This document shows, piece by piece, positions 48,649 to 58,354 of a stretch of 64,000 nt of DNA. Location of the stretch: assembly GCA_036676985.1 (NCBI GenBank), contig JAKFBU010000026.1, positions 64,001-128,000 on the forward strand, read 5' to 3'. The notes under the pieces are model-generated. The model made no database searches and was not told the origin of the DNA. It saw only the letters and a list, made by a program, of their open reading frames with translations. Position 1 is the first letter of the stretch, and each line of letters opens with the position of its first letter. The position numbers and the translations under genes were made by a program. Source of the stretch: Candidatus Sericytochromatia bacterium. GTDB lineage: Bacteria > Cyanobacteriota > Sericytochromatia > S15B-MN24 > UBA4093.

Positions 48649-50961
48649 CTAGCCCTCGATCAGGACCTTCATCTTCCCCTGCTTGCCAAGCACGCGCGCC
48701 GTCGTGATGCCGTTGTACTGGATGAACTGCAGGTCCAGCGTGGTGTTGCCGACCCTCAGCCCGTTCAGGCGCACCTCGTCGAGCCAGGTGGGCAACAGGG
48801 GCTGCATGATGCGCAGGGAGTTGCCCGCGGCGTCCGGCACGATCCCCAGGGCGCTTTGCAGGAGCAAGAACATGGTGCCCGCCGCCCAGGACTGGGGGCT
48901 GCATGCGACGGGGTAGGGCACGGGCCGGTCCAGCTCGCTCGCCTTGGAGAAGCCGCAGAACAGCTCGGGCAGCCGGTAGTAGGGGAAGTGCAGGGCGGCC
49001 TGGAACATGGCGTCCAGCACCACGAGCACCTCCTGCTTGTAGCCGTGCTCGGCGAGCCCCCGCACGATGAGGCTGTTGTCGTGGGGCCAGATGGTGCCGT
49101 TGTGGTAGCTCATGGGGTTGTAGACGGGGCTGTCCGCCGAGAGCGTCCGGATCCCCCAGCCGCTGAACATGCCCGGCGCCATGAGGTGCGCGACCACCTG
49201 CGGGATGCGCTCCTCGGCGACGATGCCGCTCCACAGGCCGTGGGCCGGGTTGGAGGTGGGCGTCCGCACCGGCCGCTTGTCGCCGTCCAGGGCGAGCACG
49301 TAGAAGCCGTCCTCCTCGCTCCAGAAGGCCTGGTTGTAGGCCTCCTTGAGCTCGTCGGCCTCCCGGTTGAGGCGATCGCCCAGGATGCGCAGGTCCATGG
49401 CGTAGCAGAGCTGCGCGATGCGCTTCTTGGCGTCGTAGACGTAGCCCTGCACCTCGGAAAGCGCGATGGGGCCCTCGGCGAGCGTCGCGTCGGGCCGGAT
49501 CACCGAGTTCACGGAGTCCTTCCAGCCCTGCACCACGAGCCCCAAGGGGCTGCGCCGCTCGTACTCGACGAAGCCGTCGCCGTCCAGGTCGCCGTAGACC
49601 TCGAGCCACATGAGGGCGGCCTCCACGGAGTCCCACAGCTCGCGCACGATCTCGAGGTTGCCCGTCCAGCGGTAGGTCTCGCTCAAGAGGACGAGGAAGA
49701 GGGGCGTGGAGTCGACCGATCCGTAGTAGGGCGTGTGGGGGATCTGCCCGAGCCGGGCGAGCTCCCCGAAGCGCACCTCGTGCAGGATCTTGCCGGGCTC
49801 GGAGTCCTTGAAGGGCTCGTCCTCCTTGGCCTGGTGCGCGGCCAGGTAGCGCAAGGTCCCGTAGGCGAGCTCGGGGCCGAGCATCAGGCTCTGGATGGCC
49901 GTGATGAGGGCGTCCCGGCCGAAGGGGGCCGTGAACCAGGGGATGCCCGCCGAGGGGAAGGGGCCCGTCGGGTAGGTGACGGTGAGGGCCGCCAGGTCCC
50001 GGTTGCCGCGGCTGAGCATGAGGTTGAAGATCTCGTTGCTGCTCGTGAGGCTCGTGCGGCCCGCCATGCGCTCCTTGGCCACCTGGTCCAGGTGCTGCAC
50101 GAAGGTCTTGAAGCTCCAGTCCCGCTCGGCCTCCGGGATGGTTCCTTCCCCCGCGATGAGGGTCTCGACCGTGTACTCGAAGGCGATCTCCGCGCCGTTG
50201 CCCGGAGCCTCGAGCGCGAAGGAGGCGATGGCCCCCACCGAGTAGTGCTCGGTCGGGATGGGCGTGAGGGTGAACTCGGTCGCCTCGAGGTCGAAGCGGA
50301 TCCGCGTCTGCCTAAAGGCCTTGTCCTCGCCCATGTAGGCGAGCACCAGGGTCTTGCCCTCGATCTTGGGCTGCAGCACCACGCCATGGTGCTGGCGGTG
50401 CATGCCGCGCACCTCGAACATGTCCGCGTAGTCGGCCCGGAACTCCAGGCTGAAGCGCAAGGAGACCGGAAAGGGGTTGTAGTTGATGATGCGGAGCCGG
50501 TCGCGGACGTAGTCGCCGATGCCCCGCTCGCTCGACAGGTAGATCGTCTCCTGCGGGATGGTCGTGCCGTCCGGCAGGCGCAGGATCTGGTTCATGAACT
50601 CCATCTGCGAGAGGTGGGTCCGCTCGCTGGAGCTGCTGAGCAGGGTGGGCACGTGGCCCTCGAGCCGGAGGATCCAGCCCGACAGGAAGCGGGTGTCCGA
50701 GGCGTAGAGCCCCATGCCGCAACCGCAGCCCGGGTAAACGTTGCCGTCGGTGTCGCTCACCAGGAAGAGCGTCTCCTGCTTGATGACCTCGCGGCCGTGG
50801 CGGCAGGCGGTGAGCACGGCGGGGATGCCGCTCTGGAGGACGGCTGTTAGCTCGCGATCGATGGTGTAGATCTCGCCCCCCACCTCCAGCGTGAGGGCCT
50901 CGGGATCCACGGGATAGGGGGCGGCGGGGTTGACGCGCTTGGGTTCGTCGGCAGGGGCCAT
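48649..50961 (-). CDS. Amylo-alpha-1,6-glucosidase family protein (glycogen debranching N-terminal domain plus GH domain)
   Basis: GLYASDTRFLS, AGIPWFTAPFGRD, EPGKILHEVR, YYGSVDSTPLF, QGWKDS, YHNGTIWPHD, RLPELFCG. Confidence 0.88.
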   Translation of the reverse strand: MAPADEPKRVNPAAPYPVDPEALTLEVGGEIYTIDRELTAVLQSGIPAVLTACRHGREVIKQETLFLVSDTDGNVYPGCGCGMGLYASDTRFLSGWILRLEGHVPTLLSSSSERTHLSQMEFMNQILRLPDGTTIPQETIYLSSERGIGDYVRDRLRIINYNPFPVSLRFSLEFRADYADMFEVRGMHRQHHGVVLQPKIEGKTLVLAYMGEDKAFRQTRIRFDLEATEFTLTPIPTEHYSVGAIASFALEAPGNGAEIAFEYTVETLIAGEGTIPEAERDWSFKTFVQHLDQVAKERMAGRTSLTSSNEIFNLMLSRGNRDLAALTVTYPTGPFPSAGIPWFTAPFGRDALITAIQSLMLGPELAYGTLRYLAAHQAKEDEPFKDSEPGKILHEVRFGELARLGQIPHTPYYGSVDSTPLFLVLLSETYRWTGNLEIVRELWDSVEAALMWLEVYGDLDGDGFVEYERRSPLGLVVQGWKDSVNSVIRPDATLAEGPIALSEVQGYVYDAKKRIAQLCYAMDLRILGDRLNREADELKEAYNQAFWSEEDGFYVLALDGDKRPVRTPTSNPAHGLWSGIVAEERIPQVVAHLMAPGMFSGWGIRTLSADSPVYNPMSYHNGTIWPHDNSLIVRGLAEHGYKQEVLVVLDAMFQAALHFPYYRLPELFCGFSKASELDRPVPYPVACSPQSWAAGTMFLLLQSALGIVPDAAGNSLRIMQPLLPTWLDEVRLNGLRVGNTTLDLQFIQYNGITTARVLGKQGKMKVLIEG

Positions 50962-50980
50962 GGCAGCTCCTCTGGGTGGT

Positions 50981-51238
50981 TCAGCGGGCAGGGCGCGCGC
51001 CCTGCTCGCCTGCTGCCTGGAAGCTCGCCTCGATGCGCAGCTGCTGCTCGCGCAGGCGCTTGAGCATGTAGTTGAGGTACTCGCTCAACTCGACGCTGTC
51101 GGTTTCCAGGTAGATCTGGAGGATCTCCCCGTACTCCCGAAAGGACAGGTGGATGTGCGGTTCGTGCTCTCGGGCGAGCTCGAGCAGGAGCATCACCTCG
51201 GCCTTGGAGCAGACCGAGAACTGATGGGTCCTGGCCAT
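50981..51238 (-). CDS. Hypothetical protein (85 aa)
   Basis: AAGGAGGTGA RBS; first gene after a clear promoter. Confidence 0.7.
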   Translation of the reverse strand: MARTHQFSVCSKAEVMLLLELAREHEPHIHLSFREYGEILQIYLETDSVELSEYLNYMLKRLREQQLRIEASFQAAGEQGARPAR

Positions 51239-51336
51239 TCGTCACCTCCTTCTTAGCGGACAAGCTGATGAGGGACGATGAAGAGGCAAGGATCGAGGTG
51301 TGCCGTCGCTGCGTCGACTCGCGTCAGATTGGGACG

Positions 51337-51410
51337 AGTCTAGTCTCCCCCCATGGGCGTGTCAACGAACGAGCAAGGCGCTCGTTTGTCAGGTACCAAC
51401 GAGGCTCGTT
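51337..51410 (-). promoter_or_regulatory. sigma70 promoter TTGACA-N17-TAGACT with two upstream AACGAG/CTCGTT palindromes
   Basis: -35 at 51360-51365, -10 at 51337-51342; AACGAGC-N5-GCTCGTT (51368-51386) and AACGAG-G-CTCGTT (51398-51410). Confidence 0.6.
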
Positions 51411-51503
51411 CACTCTGGCCGAGCCCCTTAGGGGCCTCGGGTCGTATGGTAGGGGCCGGGACGCGGCGCGGCCCGACCCCTCCTCGCTCGAAAGGATGTC
51501 GCT

Positions 51504-52652
51504 GTGACCGAACGGCTTCGCATCTTGGAAGTGCTCGCCTCGGGGGCGGTGGGCGGCGGGTCCACCCACCTGCGCTGTCTGGCTCTCGGCCTCGATCGCG
51601 AGCGGTTCGACCTGGTGGTCGCCTGTTCGGACGACGGCCCCTTGGCCGATGACCTCGCGCGCGCCGGGATCCCCGTGGTGCGGGTCCCCATGACCCGGAC
51701 CGTGAACCCCGGGGCCGTGGGCCGCCTCATGGGCGTGATCCGCCGTCACCGGAGCCAGCTGGTGCACTACCACGGCACCCGGGCGGGGCTGGCGGCCGCC
51801 CCCGCCGCCCTGCTGACGGGGGCGCCGGGCCTCTACACCGTGCACGGCTGGAGCTTCCACCACCGCGGCTCGCACGTCCTCGAGGCGGCGGCCCGCTCCG
51901 TCGAGCGGGTGATCGCCCGCATGAGCCGTCAGGTCATCTGCGTCTCGCACGCCGACCGGGAGACGGGCCTCCAGCGAGGCGTGCTCGCTTCCGCGACCTC
52001 CGCTGTCATCCCCAACGGGATCGACCCTTTGCGCTTCTCTCCCCAGCCCCAGGTGCGTGCGCGCATGCGCCAGGAGCTCGGAATAGGGCCGGACGAGGCC
52101 CTCTTCGGCGTGTTCGGACGCCTCACCCGCCAGAAGGACCAGAAGAGCTTCCTCTTGGCCGCGCGCCGGGTGCTGGATCGCTTCGCCCATGCCCGCTTCA
52201 TGCTCGTCGGCGACGGCGAGGACCGCCCCATGCTCGCGGCGCTCGCCCAGGAGCTCGGGCTCGGCGACCGGGTGATCTTCACGGGCTTCCGCACGGACGT
52301 GCCGGAGCTCTTGAACGCCGTGGACGCCTTCGTGCTGCCGAGCCTCTGGGAAGGCCTGCCCATCGCCCTCCTGGAGGCCATGGCCGTGGGCGTGCCCGTC
52401 ATCGCGAGCGCGGTGGACGGCTCGGCCGAGGTGATCCAGCCGGGCACCAGCGGCCTGTTGGTCCCGCCCGAGGACGTCGCGAGCCTGGCCGGGGCCATGG
52501 GGGCGCTGCTCGAGACGCCGGCTTTGGCCGAGCGGCTCGCGCGGGCGGGGCTCGAGCGCGCCCGGGGGCGCTACGGCCTCGAGGCCATGCTCCGATCGAC
52601 CGAGCGCATGTACGGAGCCCTCATCACCTCCGAGCGACTGGCGGCCGCCTAG
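51504..52652 (+). CDS. Glycosyltransferase family 4
   Basis: VIPNGID, GRLTRQK, FVLPSLWEGLPIALLEAMA. Confidence 0.92.
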   Translation: MTERLRILEVLASGAVGGGSTHLRCLALGLDRERFDLVVACSDDGPLADDLARAGIPVVRVPMTRTVNPGAVGRLMGVIRRHRSQLVHYHGTRAGLAAAPAALLTGAPGLYTVHGWSFHHRGSHVLEAAARSVERVIARMSRQVICVSHADRETGLQRGVLASATSAVIPNGIDPLRFSPQPQVRARMRQELGIGPDEALFGVFGRLTRQKDQKSFLLAARRVLDRFAHARFMLVGDGEDRPMLAALAQELGLGDRVIFTGFRTDVPELLNAVDAFVLPSLWEGLPIALLEAMAVGVPVIASAVDGSAEVIQPGTSGLLVPPEDVASLAGAMGALLETPALAERLARAGLERARGRYGLEAMLRSTERMYGALITSERLAAA

Positions 52653-52687
52653 ACAGCGCCTGCCGGCTGACTCGACAAGGAGTTGCG

Positions 52688-53893
52688 ATGCTTGCCGAGG
52701 CTGTTTCCACCCTCTTGATCCCCGTCCAGGGCGTGCTGCTGTTCAACGTGGCCTTCTACGGCCTCGCCACCACCGGGGCGCTCATGGCCAAGCGCTTTCC
52801 CAAGCCCCTCAGGGCCGCGGGCGGTAGCCCCAGGCACCTGGCGGTGCTCGTATCGGCCCACGACGAGGCGGCCGTCATCGGGGGGCTGGTCGATAGCCTC
52901 GTGGCCCAGGAGTACCCGAAAGACGCCTACGAGCTCTTCGTGGTGGCCGATCGCTGCCAGGACGAGACGGCCGCCATCGCCCGCGTCCACGGAGCCCGGG
53001 TCTTCGAGCGTACCGAGGGCACGGGCTCCAAGGGGGCTGCCCTGCGCTGGCTGTGGGCGGAGCTCGGCGCCGAGCGCCAGGGCTTCGACGCCGTCGTGGT
53101 GCTGGACGCTGACAACCACGCGGATCCGCGCTTTCTGGCCGAGCTGGACCGGGGGCTCCGGTCCGGCATGCGCGTCATCCAGGGCCAACGGGTCGCCAAG
53201 AACCCCGAGGCGAGCACGGCGAGCGCCCTCGACGGGCTCGCCGAGGCCGTCCACCACCGGGTGGTGGCGCCTGGCCTCGACTGGTTCGGCCTCTCCACCA
53301 CCATCTCGGGCTCGGGCGTGTGCTACGAGCGATCGCTCTTCGACCGGCTCGTCGTCTCGACCAAGACCCAGGTCGAGGACTGCGAGTGGCAGCTCAGGCT
53401 GCACGAGTGGGGCGTGCCGATCCGGCCTCTGGCCGCGGCCAGGGTCTACGACGAGAAGATCCCCGACTTCGAGGCCATGGCCCGCCAGCGATCGCGCTGG
53501 GTGCAGGGCAAGCTCCGGCTCTTCGCCGAGTACGTCGGGCCCATGGTCTGGGGAGCCATGAACGGGCGACGCGGGGCCCTGGAGGGCACGGGCTTCCTCT
53601 TCACCATGGTCCCGCGCTCGGTGCTCCTGGTGGGGCTCGTCGCCATGCTCGCCCTCTCGTGGCTGCCCGGCATGCTCGGCTGGCGGTGGTGGGCGGCGGG
53701 GCTCGGGCTCATGGCCCTGCATCTCGCCACGGGGCTGGTCATCGACGGCGTGCGGCCCGCCGAGTGGCGGAGCTTGCTGCATGCCCACCGCTTCGTGCGG
53801 GTCTTCCTCGCGGCCTGCGGCCGGGCCCTCTCGCGGCGGCACGTGCCCTGGGTGCGCACGCCGCACGGAGAAAAGAAGGCGGGGGCCCCTTAA
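52688..53893 (+). CDS. Glycosyltransferase family 2 (membrane-bound, processive type)
   Basis: SAHDE, VADRC.D, LDADN, ED, RQRSRW (QxxRW). Confidence 0.9.
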   Translation: MLAEAVSTLLIPVQGVLLFNVAFYGLATTGALMAKRFPKPLRAAGGSPRHLAVLVSAHDEAAVIGGLVDSLVAQEYPKDAYELFVVADRCQDETAAIARVHGARVFERTEGTGSKGAALRWLWAELGAERQGFDAVVVLDADNHADPRFLAELDRGLRSGMRVIQGQRVAKNPEASTASALDGLAEAVHHRVVAPGLDWFGLSTTISGSGVCYERSLFDRLVVSTKTQVEDCEWQLRLHEWGVPIRPLAAARVYDEKIPDFEAMARQRSRWVQGKLRLFAEYVGPMVWGAMNGRRGALEGTGFLFTMVPRSVLLVGLVAMLALSWLPGMLGWRWWAAGLGLMALHLATGLVIDGVRPAEWRSLLHAHRFVRVFLAACGRALSRRHVPWVRTPHGEKKAGAP

Positions 53894-53921
53894 CGGGACC
53901 CCCGCCACCCAAGACGGGAGC

Positions 53922-54281
53922 TTAGGCCGAGAGCTTGCTCTTGGCCATGGTGGCCAGGTGCGCGAAGGCTTCGGCGTCGTTGACGGCGAGGTCCGCGAGG
54001 ATCTTGCGGTTGACCTCGACCTGGGCCTTCTTGAGGCCGTTGATCAGCTGGCTGTAGCTGAGGCCGTTGATGCGCGCGGCGGCGTTGATGCGGGTGATCC
54101 AGAGGCGGCGGAAGTCGCGCTTCTTGGTGCGGCGGTGCTTGTAGGCGTACCGCAGGGCCTTCATCATCGCCTGGTTGGCGGCGCGGAAGATCTTCTTGGT
54201 CGAGCCACGGAAGCCCTTGGTGAGCCGGAAGACTTTCTTATGGCGATTGCGGTTGATGTTACCGCGTTTGACGCGAGGCAT
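53922..54281 (-). CDS. rplT: 50S ribosomal protein L20
   Basis: [22 protein letters not shown]. Confidence 0.98.
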   Translation of the reverse strand: MPRVKRGNINRNRHKKVFRLTKGFRGSTKKIFRAANQAMMKALRYAYKHRRTKKRDFRRLWITRINAAARINGLSYSQLINGLKKAQVEVNRKILADLAVNDAEAFAHLATMAKSKLSA

Positions 54282-54328
54282 GGGTTACTCCTTCAACAAA
54301 ACGTTCCGAAAACAGGGCGGACTTCCGA

Positions 54329-54538
54329 CTACCGAAGGTACTTCGGGTAGGGGAGCGCGAACTTGACGCGCTCGGCGTCCTGCGGGCTGACGAGCGCCTC
54401 GCCGCTGATGCGGCGCAGACGGCTGCCGTCCTTGTTGACGATCAGGTGCTTGCGGAACGACTTGCGACGGATCACCTTGCCGGTCCCGGTCACGCGGTAG
54501 CGCTTCGCGCTCGACCGGTGGGTCTTCATCTTGGGCAT
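54329..54538 (-). CDS. rpmI: 50S ribosomal protein L35
   Basis: MPKMKTHRSSAKR. Confidence 0.97.
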   Translation of the reverse strand: MPKMKTHRSSAKRYRVTGTGKVIRRKSFRKHLIVNKDGSRLRRISGEALVSPQDAERVKFALPYPKYLR

Positions 54539-54543
54539 GGGGG

Positions 54544-55068
54544 TTACTTCTCCTTCTTGGGGGCCAGGATCATGAAGAGGGTGCGACCTTCCTGCTTGGG
54601 GTCGCGCTCGACGACGGCGATGTCCTTGACGTCGTTGGCGAACTTGGCGAGCAGCTGCTGACCGAGCTCGGTGTGCTGCATCTCGCGGCCGCGGAAGCGG
54701 ACCGTGACCTTGACCTTGTCGCCTTCGGCGATGAACTTCTGGATCGCCCGCAGGCGGACCTCGTAGTCGTGCTGGCCAATCTTGTAGCTCACCGTCAGCT
54801 CCTTGATGCTGACGACGTGCTGCTTCTTCTTGGCCTCGCGCGTCTTCTTCTCGGTCTCGAACTTGTGTCGGCCGTAGTCCATGATCTTGCAGACGGGCGG
54901 GGCGGCGTCGGCGGCGACCATGACGAGGTCGAGCCCCTTCTCTTGGGCGATTCTGAGGGCTTCACGCGTGGGCAGGATGCCGAGCTGCGCGCCGTCCTCA
55001 CCGATGGTGCGGACCTCGCGGGCACGAATCCGGTCGTTGATTAGGGCGGTGTCACGTTCCCTCAGAAT
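54544..55068 (-). CDS. infC: Translation initiation factor IF-3 (ATT start codon)
   Basis: INDRIRAREVR, PPVCKIMDYG, FRGRE; GAGGAGG followed by ATT at 55068. Confidence 0.95.
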   Translation of the reverse strand: MLRERDTALINDRIRAREVRTIGEDGAQLGILPTREALRIAQEKGLDLVMVAADAAPPVCKIMDYGRHKFETEKKTREAKKKQHVVSIKELTVSYKIGQHDYEVRLRAIQKFIAEGDKVKVTVRFRGREMQHTELGQQLLAKFANDVKDIAVVERDPKQEGRTLFMILAPKKEK

Positions 55069-55084
55069 GGTCGTTTCCTCCTCA

Positions 55085-55210
55085 AATAGCGAAGGCAGGT
55101 GTTCTCGACACCTGCCCACGAACGGAAGCTCCCCAAGCGGGGGTTCTGTCCGGCGAACCCGGCGAGCTGTCACGCGACGCTGCGGGGTGAGAAGGTGTGC
55201 TCCTGCTTTT
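55085..55210 (-). ncRNA. L20 leader-like cis-regulatory RNA
   Basis: AAGCAGGAGCACACCTTCTCACC resembles the L20 leader 5' motif; GGCAGGTGT/ACACCTGCC hairpin before the RBS; promoter TTGACT-N18-TATAGT at 55232-55261. Confidence 0.6.
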
Positions 55211-55356
55211 GCCGTTCTTGTTAACCCTCCCACTATAGCCTCCGAGGGATGCGGGAGTCAAGGCGGCCCGCTCGTGCCTTCCTTGCTTGACCCTCGGGGC
55301 CGATGGTATACTGCGCAGCGAGCGACTCCGCCGTCTATTGAGCCCGAACGGGCCGT

Positions 55357-56610
55357 GTGAAGGACCTCCACGCCATGGGACAGCGCCTGGCCGACCACGC
55401 CGGCCACCACCGGGCCGACGTGATCCGGTTTGCGACCGAACTCATCCGCACCCCCTCCCTGTCGGGCGACGAGGAGGCCGTGGCCGCGCTCATCATGGGT
55501 GAGCTGCACCGCCTCGGCTTCGACGCGGTGTTCGCCGACGAGGTGGGCAACGTGGTGGGCGTCCTCAAGGGAACGGGCAAGGGGCCGGGCATCCTCTTCT
55601 GCAGCCACATGGACACCTCCGAGCCGGGCGATCCCGAGCTCTGGGACCGCTCGCCCTACGACGTCGTCGAGGCGGACGGGGCCCTCTGCGGCCTCGGGGC
55701 CTCGGACTCCAAGGGGGCGATCGCTGCCCAGGTCTACGGGGCGGCCATGCTCCGGGCCATGGGCGTGCCGCTGTCGGGCGACGTCATCGTCGCCTGCGTC
55801 GTGATGGCCGAGCAGGCCGAGGGGTTCGGCATCGGCCACCTGTTCGACGTGACGCTGCCCGCCCAGGGCCTCAAGCCCGGCTTCGTCGTCATGGGCGACC
55901 CCACGGGCCTGGACGTCTTCCTCGGCCAGCGGGGCCGGCTGGAGCTCGAGGTCTCGAGCATCGGCCGCACCTCGCATGCCTCGGCGCCCTGGCTCGGCGT
56001 GAACGCCGCCTACAAGATGGTGCCCGTGATCGAGGGCGTCCACGAGCTCGCCGCCACCCTGCCCAGCCACCCCTTCCTGGAGCGGAGCACCATCGCCCTG
56101 ACCAACCTGGTCTGCACGCCCGCCCGCTACTCGATGATCCCGGACCGCTGCATCGCGTCCTTGGATCGCCGCTTCCTGCCCTCGGAGACCCTGGACACCA
56201 TCATCATGCAGGTGCAGTCGCTGATCAGCCGGGTCTCGGCCAAGGATCCGGAGTTCAAGGGCGAGGCCAAGGTCCGCATGGTCGAGGAGACGGCCTACAC
56301 CGGCCTGACCAAGGAGGTCCCCAAGCTCTTGATGCCGTTCGTCACCTCCGAGCGGCACCCCTTGGTCGCCAAGGCGGTGGGGGCGCTGGAGGCCCTGGGA
56401 CACTCGCCGAACTTCGACAAGTGGTATTTTTCGACCGAGGGGGGGTACGTTGCCAGCGTGGTCGGCCTCCCGACCATCGGCTACGCCCCGGGTGAGGAGA
56501 AGGTCTCGCACACCCCCTACGACCGGGTGCGGATCGACCATCTCATGACGTGCGTCGCAGGCAGCGCGGCCATCGCCCAGGCGATCGCCGCCGCCGAAAC
56601 CAGGGAGTAA
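55357..56610 (+). CDS. M20 family metallohydrolase (YgeY/ArgE-like), catalytic motif degenerate
   Basis: SHMDT, GASDSKG, GRTSHASAP..GVNA, PTIGYAPG..SH; EE motif reads AE. Confidence 0.8.
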   Translation: MKDLHAMGQRLADHAGHHRADVIRFATELIRTPSLSGDEEAVAALIMGELHRLGFDAVFADEVGNVVGVLKGTGKGPGILFCSHMDTSEPGDPELWDRSPYDVVEADGALCGLGASDSKGAIAAQVYGAAMLRAMGVPLSGDVIVACVVMAEQAEGFGIGHLFDVTLPAQGLKPGFVVMGDPTGLDVFLGQRGRLELEVSSIGRTSHASAPWLGVNAAYKMVPVIEGVHELAATLPSHPFLERSTIALTNLVCTPARYSMIPDRCIASLDRRFLPSETLDTIIMQVQSLISRVSAKDPEFKGEAKVRMVEETAYTGLTKEVPKLLMPFVTSERHPLVAKAVGALEALGHSPNFDKWYFSTEGGYVASVVGLPTIGYAPGEEKVSHTPYDRVRIDHLMTCVAGSAAIAQAIAAAETRE

Positions 56611-56619
56611 GGTTCCAGC

Positions 56620-57654
56620 ATGGCCACCGCGCAAAAGGACGAGGTTTCGCTCTTACCCAAGCTCTTGGACGGGATCGCCATCCTGGACGGGGACCGCATC
56701 GTGCACCGCAACCGGGCGCTCCTGCAGCTCCTGGTCGATCCCGGCGAGAAGACCGAGGTCGAGGGCATGCGGCGCCTCGAGCAGCTGCTCGCGGACCCGG
56801 CCGTCAAGGAGTTCCTGGCATCGGCCCCCGAGATCGAGGAGCACAGCCTCGAGCTCTTGCCCGACTGGTGGCAGGGACAGGTGCTGGGCCTGACGGCGAG
56901 CAACGTCGACGGCAAGAAGGTGCTCCTGGTCCACAACTGGACGGCCATCCACCGGCTCGCCAACATGCAGCAGGAGTTCGTCGCCAACGTCAGCCACGAG
57001 CTGCGCACCCCCCTGACCTCGATCCGCATGGCCGCCGAAAGTCTTCAATTGGGCGCGATGGCCTCCGAGAAGATGCGCGCCAAGTTCCTGAGCAACATCC
57101 AGCGCGAGGCCGACCGTCTCACGCGCCTGGTCAACGAGCTCTTGGTGGTCGCGAACCTGCACGGCCGTCCGACCCTGCACATGGCCGAGTTCACCTTCCC
57201 CGAGCTCGCCAACGAGGTCAAGACCACCCTCGAGCCGCACGCGGACCTCAACGCCGTCAACCTCGTCCTCAACTGCCCGGACGAGCTGCCGGTGTACCGG
57301 GGCGATCGCGACCGCATCCAGCAGGTGCTCATCAACCTGGTGGACAACGCCATCAAGTTCACGCCCGCGTCGGGATCCGTCACGCTGGATCTGTCCTTCA
57401 ACGCCGACAAGCAGGCCATCCAGATCAAGGTCATCGACACGGGCATCGGCATCCCGGAGATCGATCGGCCGCGCATCTTCGACCGCTTCTACCGGGTGGA
57501 CAAGAGCCGCTCGCGCGTGACCGGCGGCGTGGGGCTCGGCCTGTCCATCGTCAAGGACATCATCGTGGCCCACGGCGGCACGATCGAGGTCCAGAGCGAG
57601 ATCAACGTCGGGACCACCTTCCTCATCACGCTTCCCCTTGATCACGAGGGCTAG
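56620..57654 (+). CDS. Soluble PhoR/SphS-like sensor histidine kinase
   Basis: FVANVSHELRTPLTSI, NLVDNAIKF, DTGIGI, FDRFYRVDKSRSR, GLGLSIV; no TM helix seen. Confidence 0.92.
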   Translation: MATAQKDEVSLLPKLLDGIAILDGDRIVHRNRALLQLLVDPGEKTEVEGMRRLEQLLADPAVKEFLASAPEIEEHSLELLPDWWQGQVLGLTASNVDGKKVLLVHNWTAIHRLANMQQEFVANVSHELRTPLTSIRMAAESLQLGAMASEKMRAKFLSNIQREADRLTRLVNELLVVANLHGRPTLHMAEFTFPELANEVKTTLEPHADLNAVNLVLNCPDELPVYRGDRDRIQQVLINLVDNAIKFTPASGSVTLDLSFNADKQAIQIKVIDTGIGIPEIDRPRIFDRFYRVDKSRSRVTGGVGLGLSIVKDIIVAHGGTIEVQSEINVGTTFLITLPLDHEG

Positions 57655-57664
57655 AAAGGCTCCC

Positions 57665-58120
57665 ATGGCTATGGACGAGACGGGAGACGTTGCCCAGCAC
57701 GACCTGCGGCGGCGGGGCTACCGGATCACCCCTCAGCGCGAGCGGATCCTGAAGGTGTTCCAGGATCTCCCCGGAGGCACGCACCTCTCGGCGGAGGACC
57801 TCTACCAGCGCCTGGCGACCGAAGAGCCTCGGATCAGCCTGGCGACGGCCTATCGCACCCTCAAGCTGCTGGCCTCGGTGGGCCTCCTGCGGGAGGTCGA
57901 CTTCTCCGAGGGTCACAAGCACTACGAGTACAACCGCGAGGAGACGCCCCACCAGCACCTGATCTGCGTGGAGTGCGGCCAAACCGTCGAGTTTGCCGGC
58001 GAGGAGCTGGATGCGGCGGGCCGTACGACCGCCGAGCAGTTCGGCTTTCGGGTGGCCGAGGTGCAGATCAAGATCTACGGCGTCTGCCCGGCCTGTCAGC
58101 GGCGGCCGCAACGCCGCTAG
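57665..58120 (+). CDS. fur: Fur family transcriptional regulator
   Basis: RITPQR, HLSAEDLY, SLATAYRTL, EGHKHYE, HQHLICVECG, CPAC. Confidence 0.88.
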   Translation: MAMDETGDVAQHDLRRRGYRITPQRERILKVFQDLPGGTHLSAEDLYQRLATEEPRISLATAYRTLKLLASVGLLREVDFSEGHKHYEYNREETPHQHLICVECGQTVEFAGEELDAAGRTTAEQFGFRVAEVQIKIYGVCPACQRRPQRR

Positions 58121-58130
58121 GCGCGGGTTT

Positions 58131-58303
58131 TTAAGCCTCCCTTAATCTTCAATTAGGTGAAACTTACCCTCATGGGCGCCACTTTTCACGTAAGTGGCGC
58201 TTGCTCGTTGGGTATAAGGAGCGTGGGATGATGCGGTCAGTGTTTACCGCGCTTTAAACTCACGTTGGTTTTCTCGCAAGATCGGACGTTAAGACGCCGA
58301 CAA
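58131..58303 (+). promoter_or_regulatory. Regulatory region: TTAA-N7-TTAA, TTTA-N7-TTAA and sigma28-like promoter GCAAG-N15-GCCGACAA
   Basis: Boxes at 58131-58145 and 58243-58257; -35 at 58276-58280, -10 at 58296-58303. Confidence 0.55.
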
Positions 58304-58354
58304 GCATGGGAGACCAACCGGGCGATCGCGATCGCCGCCACACAGGAGGGAACC

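Noticed and set aside
58228-58257. 9-aa u[12 protein letters not shown] after AAGGAG
   Set aside because: Too short to support; lies upstream of the proposed sigma28 promoter and overlaps a TTAA box
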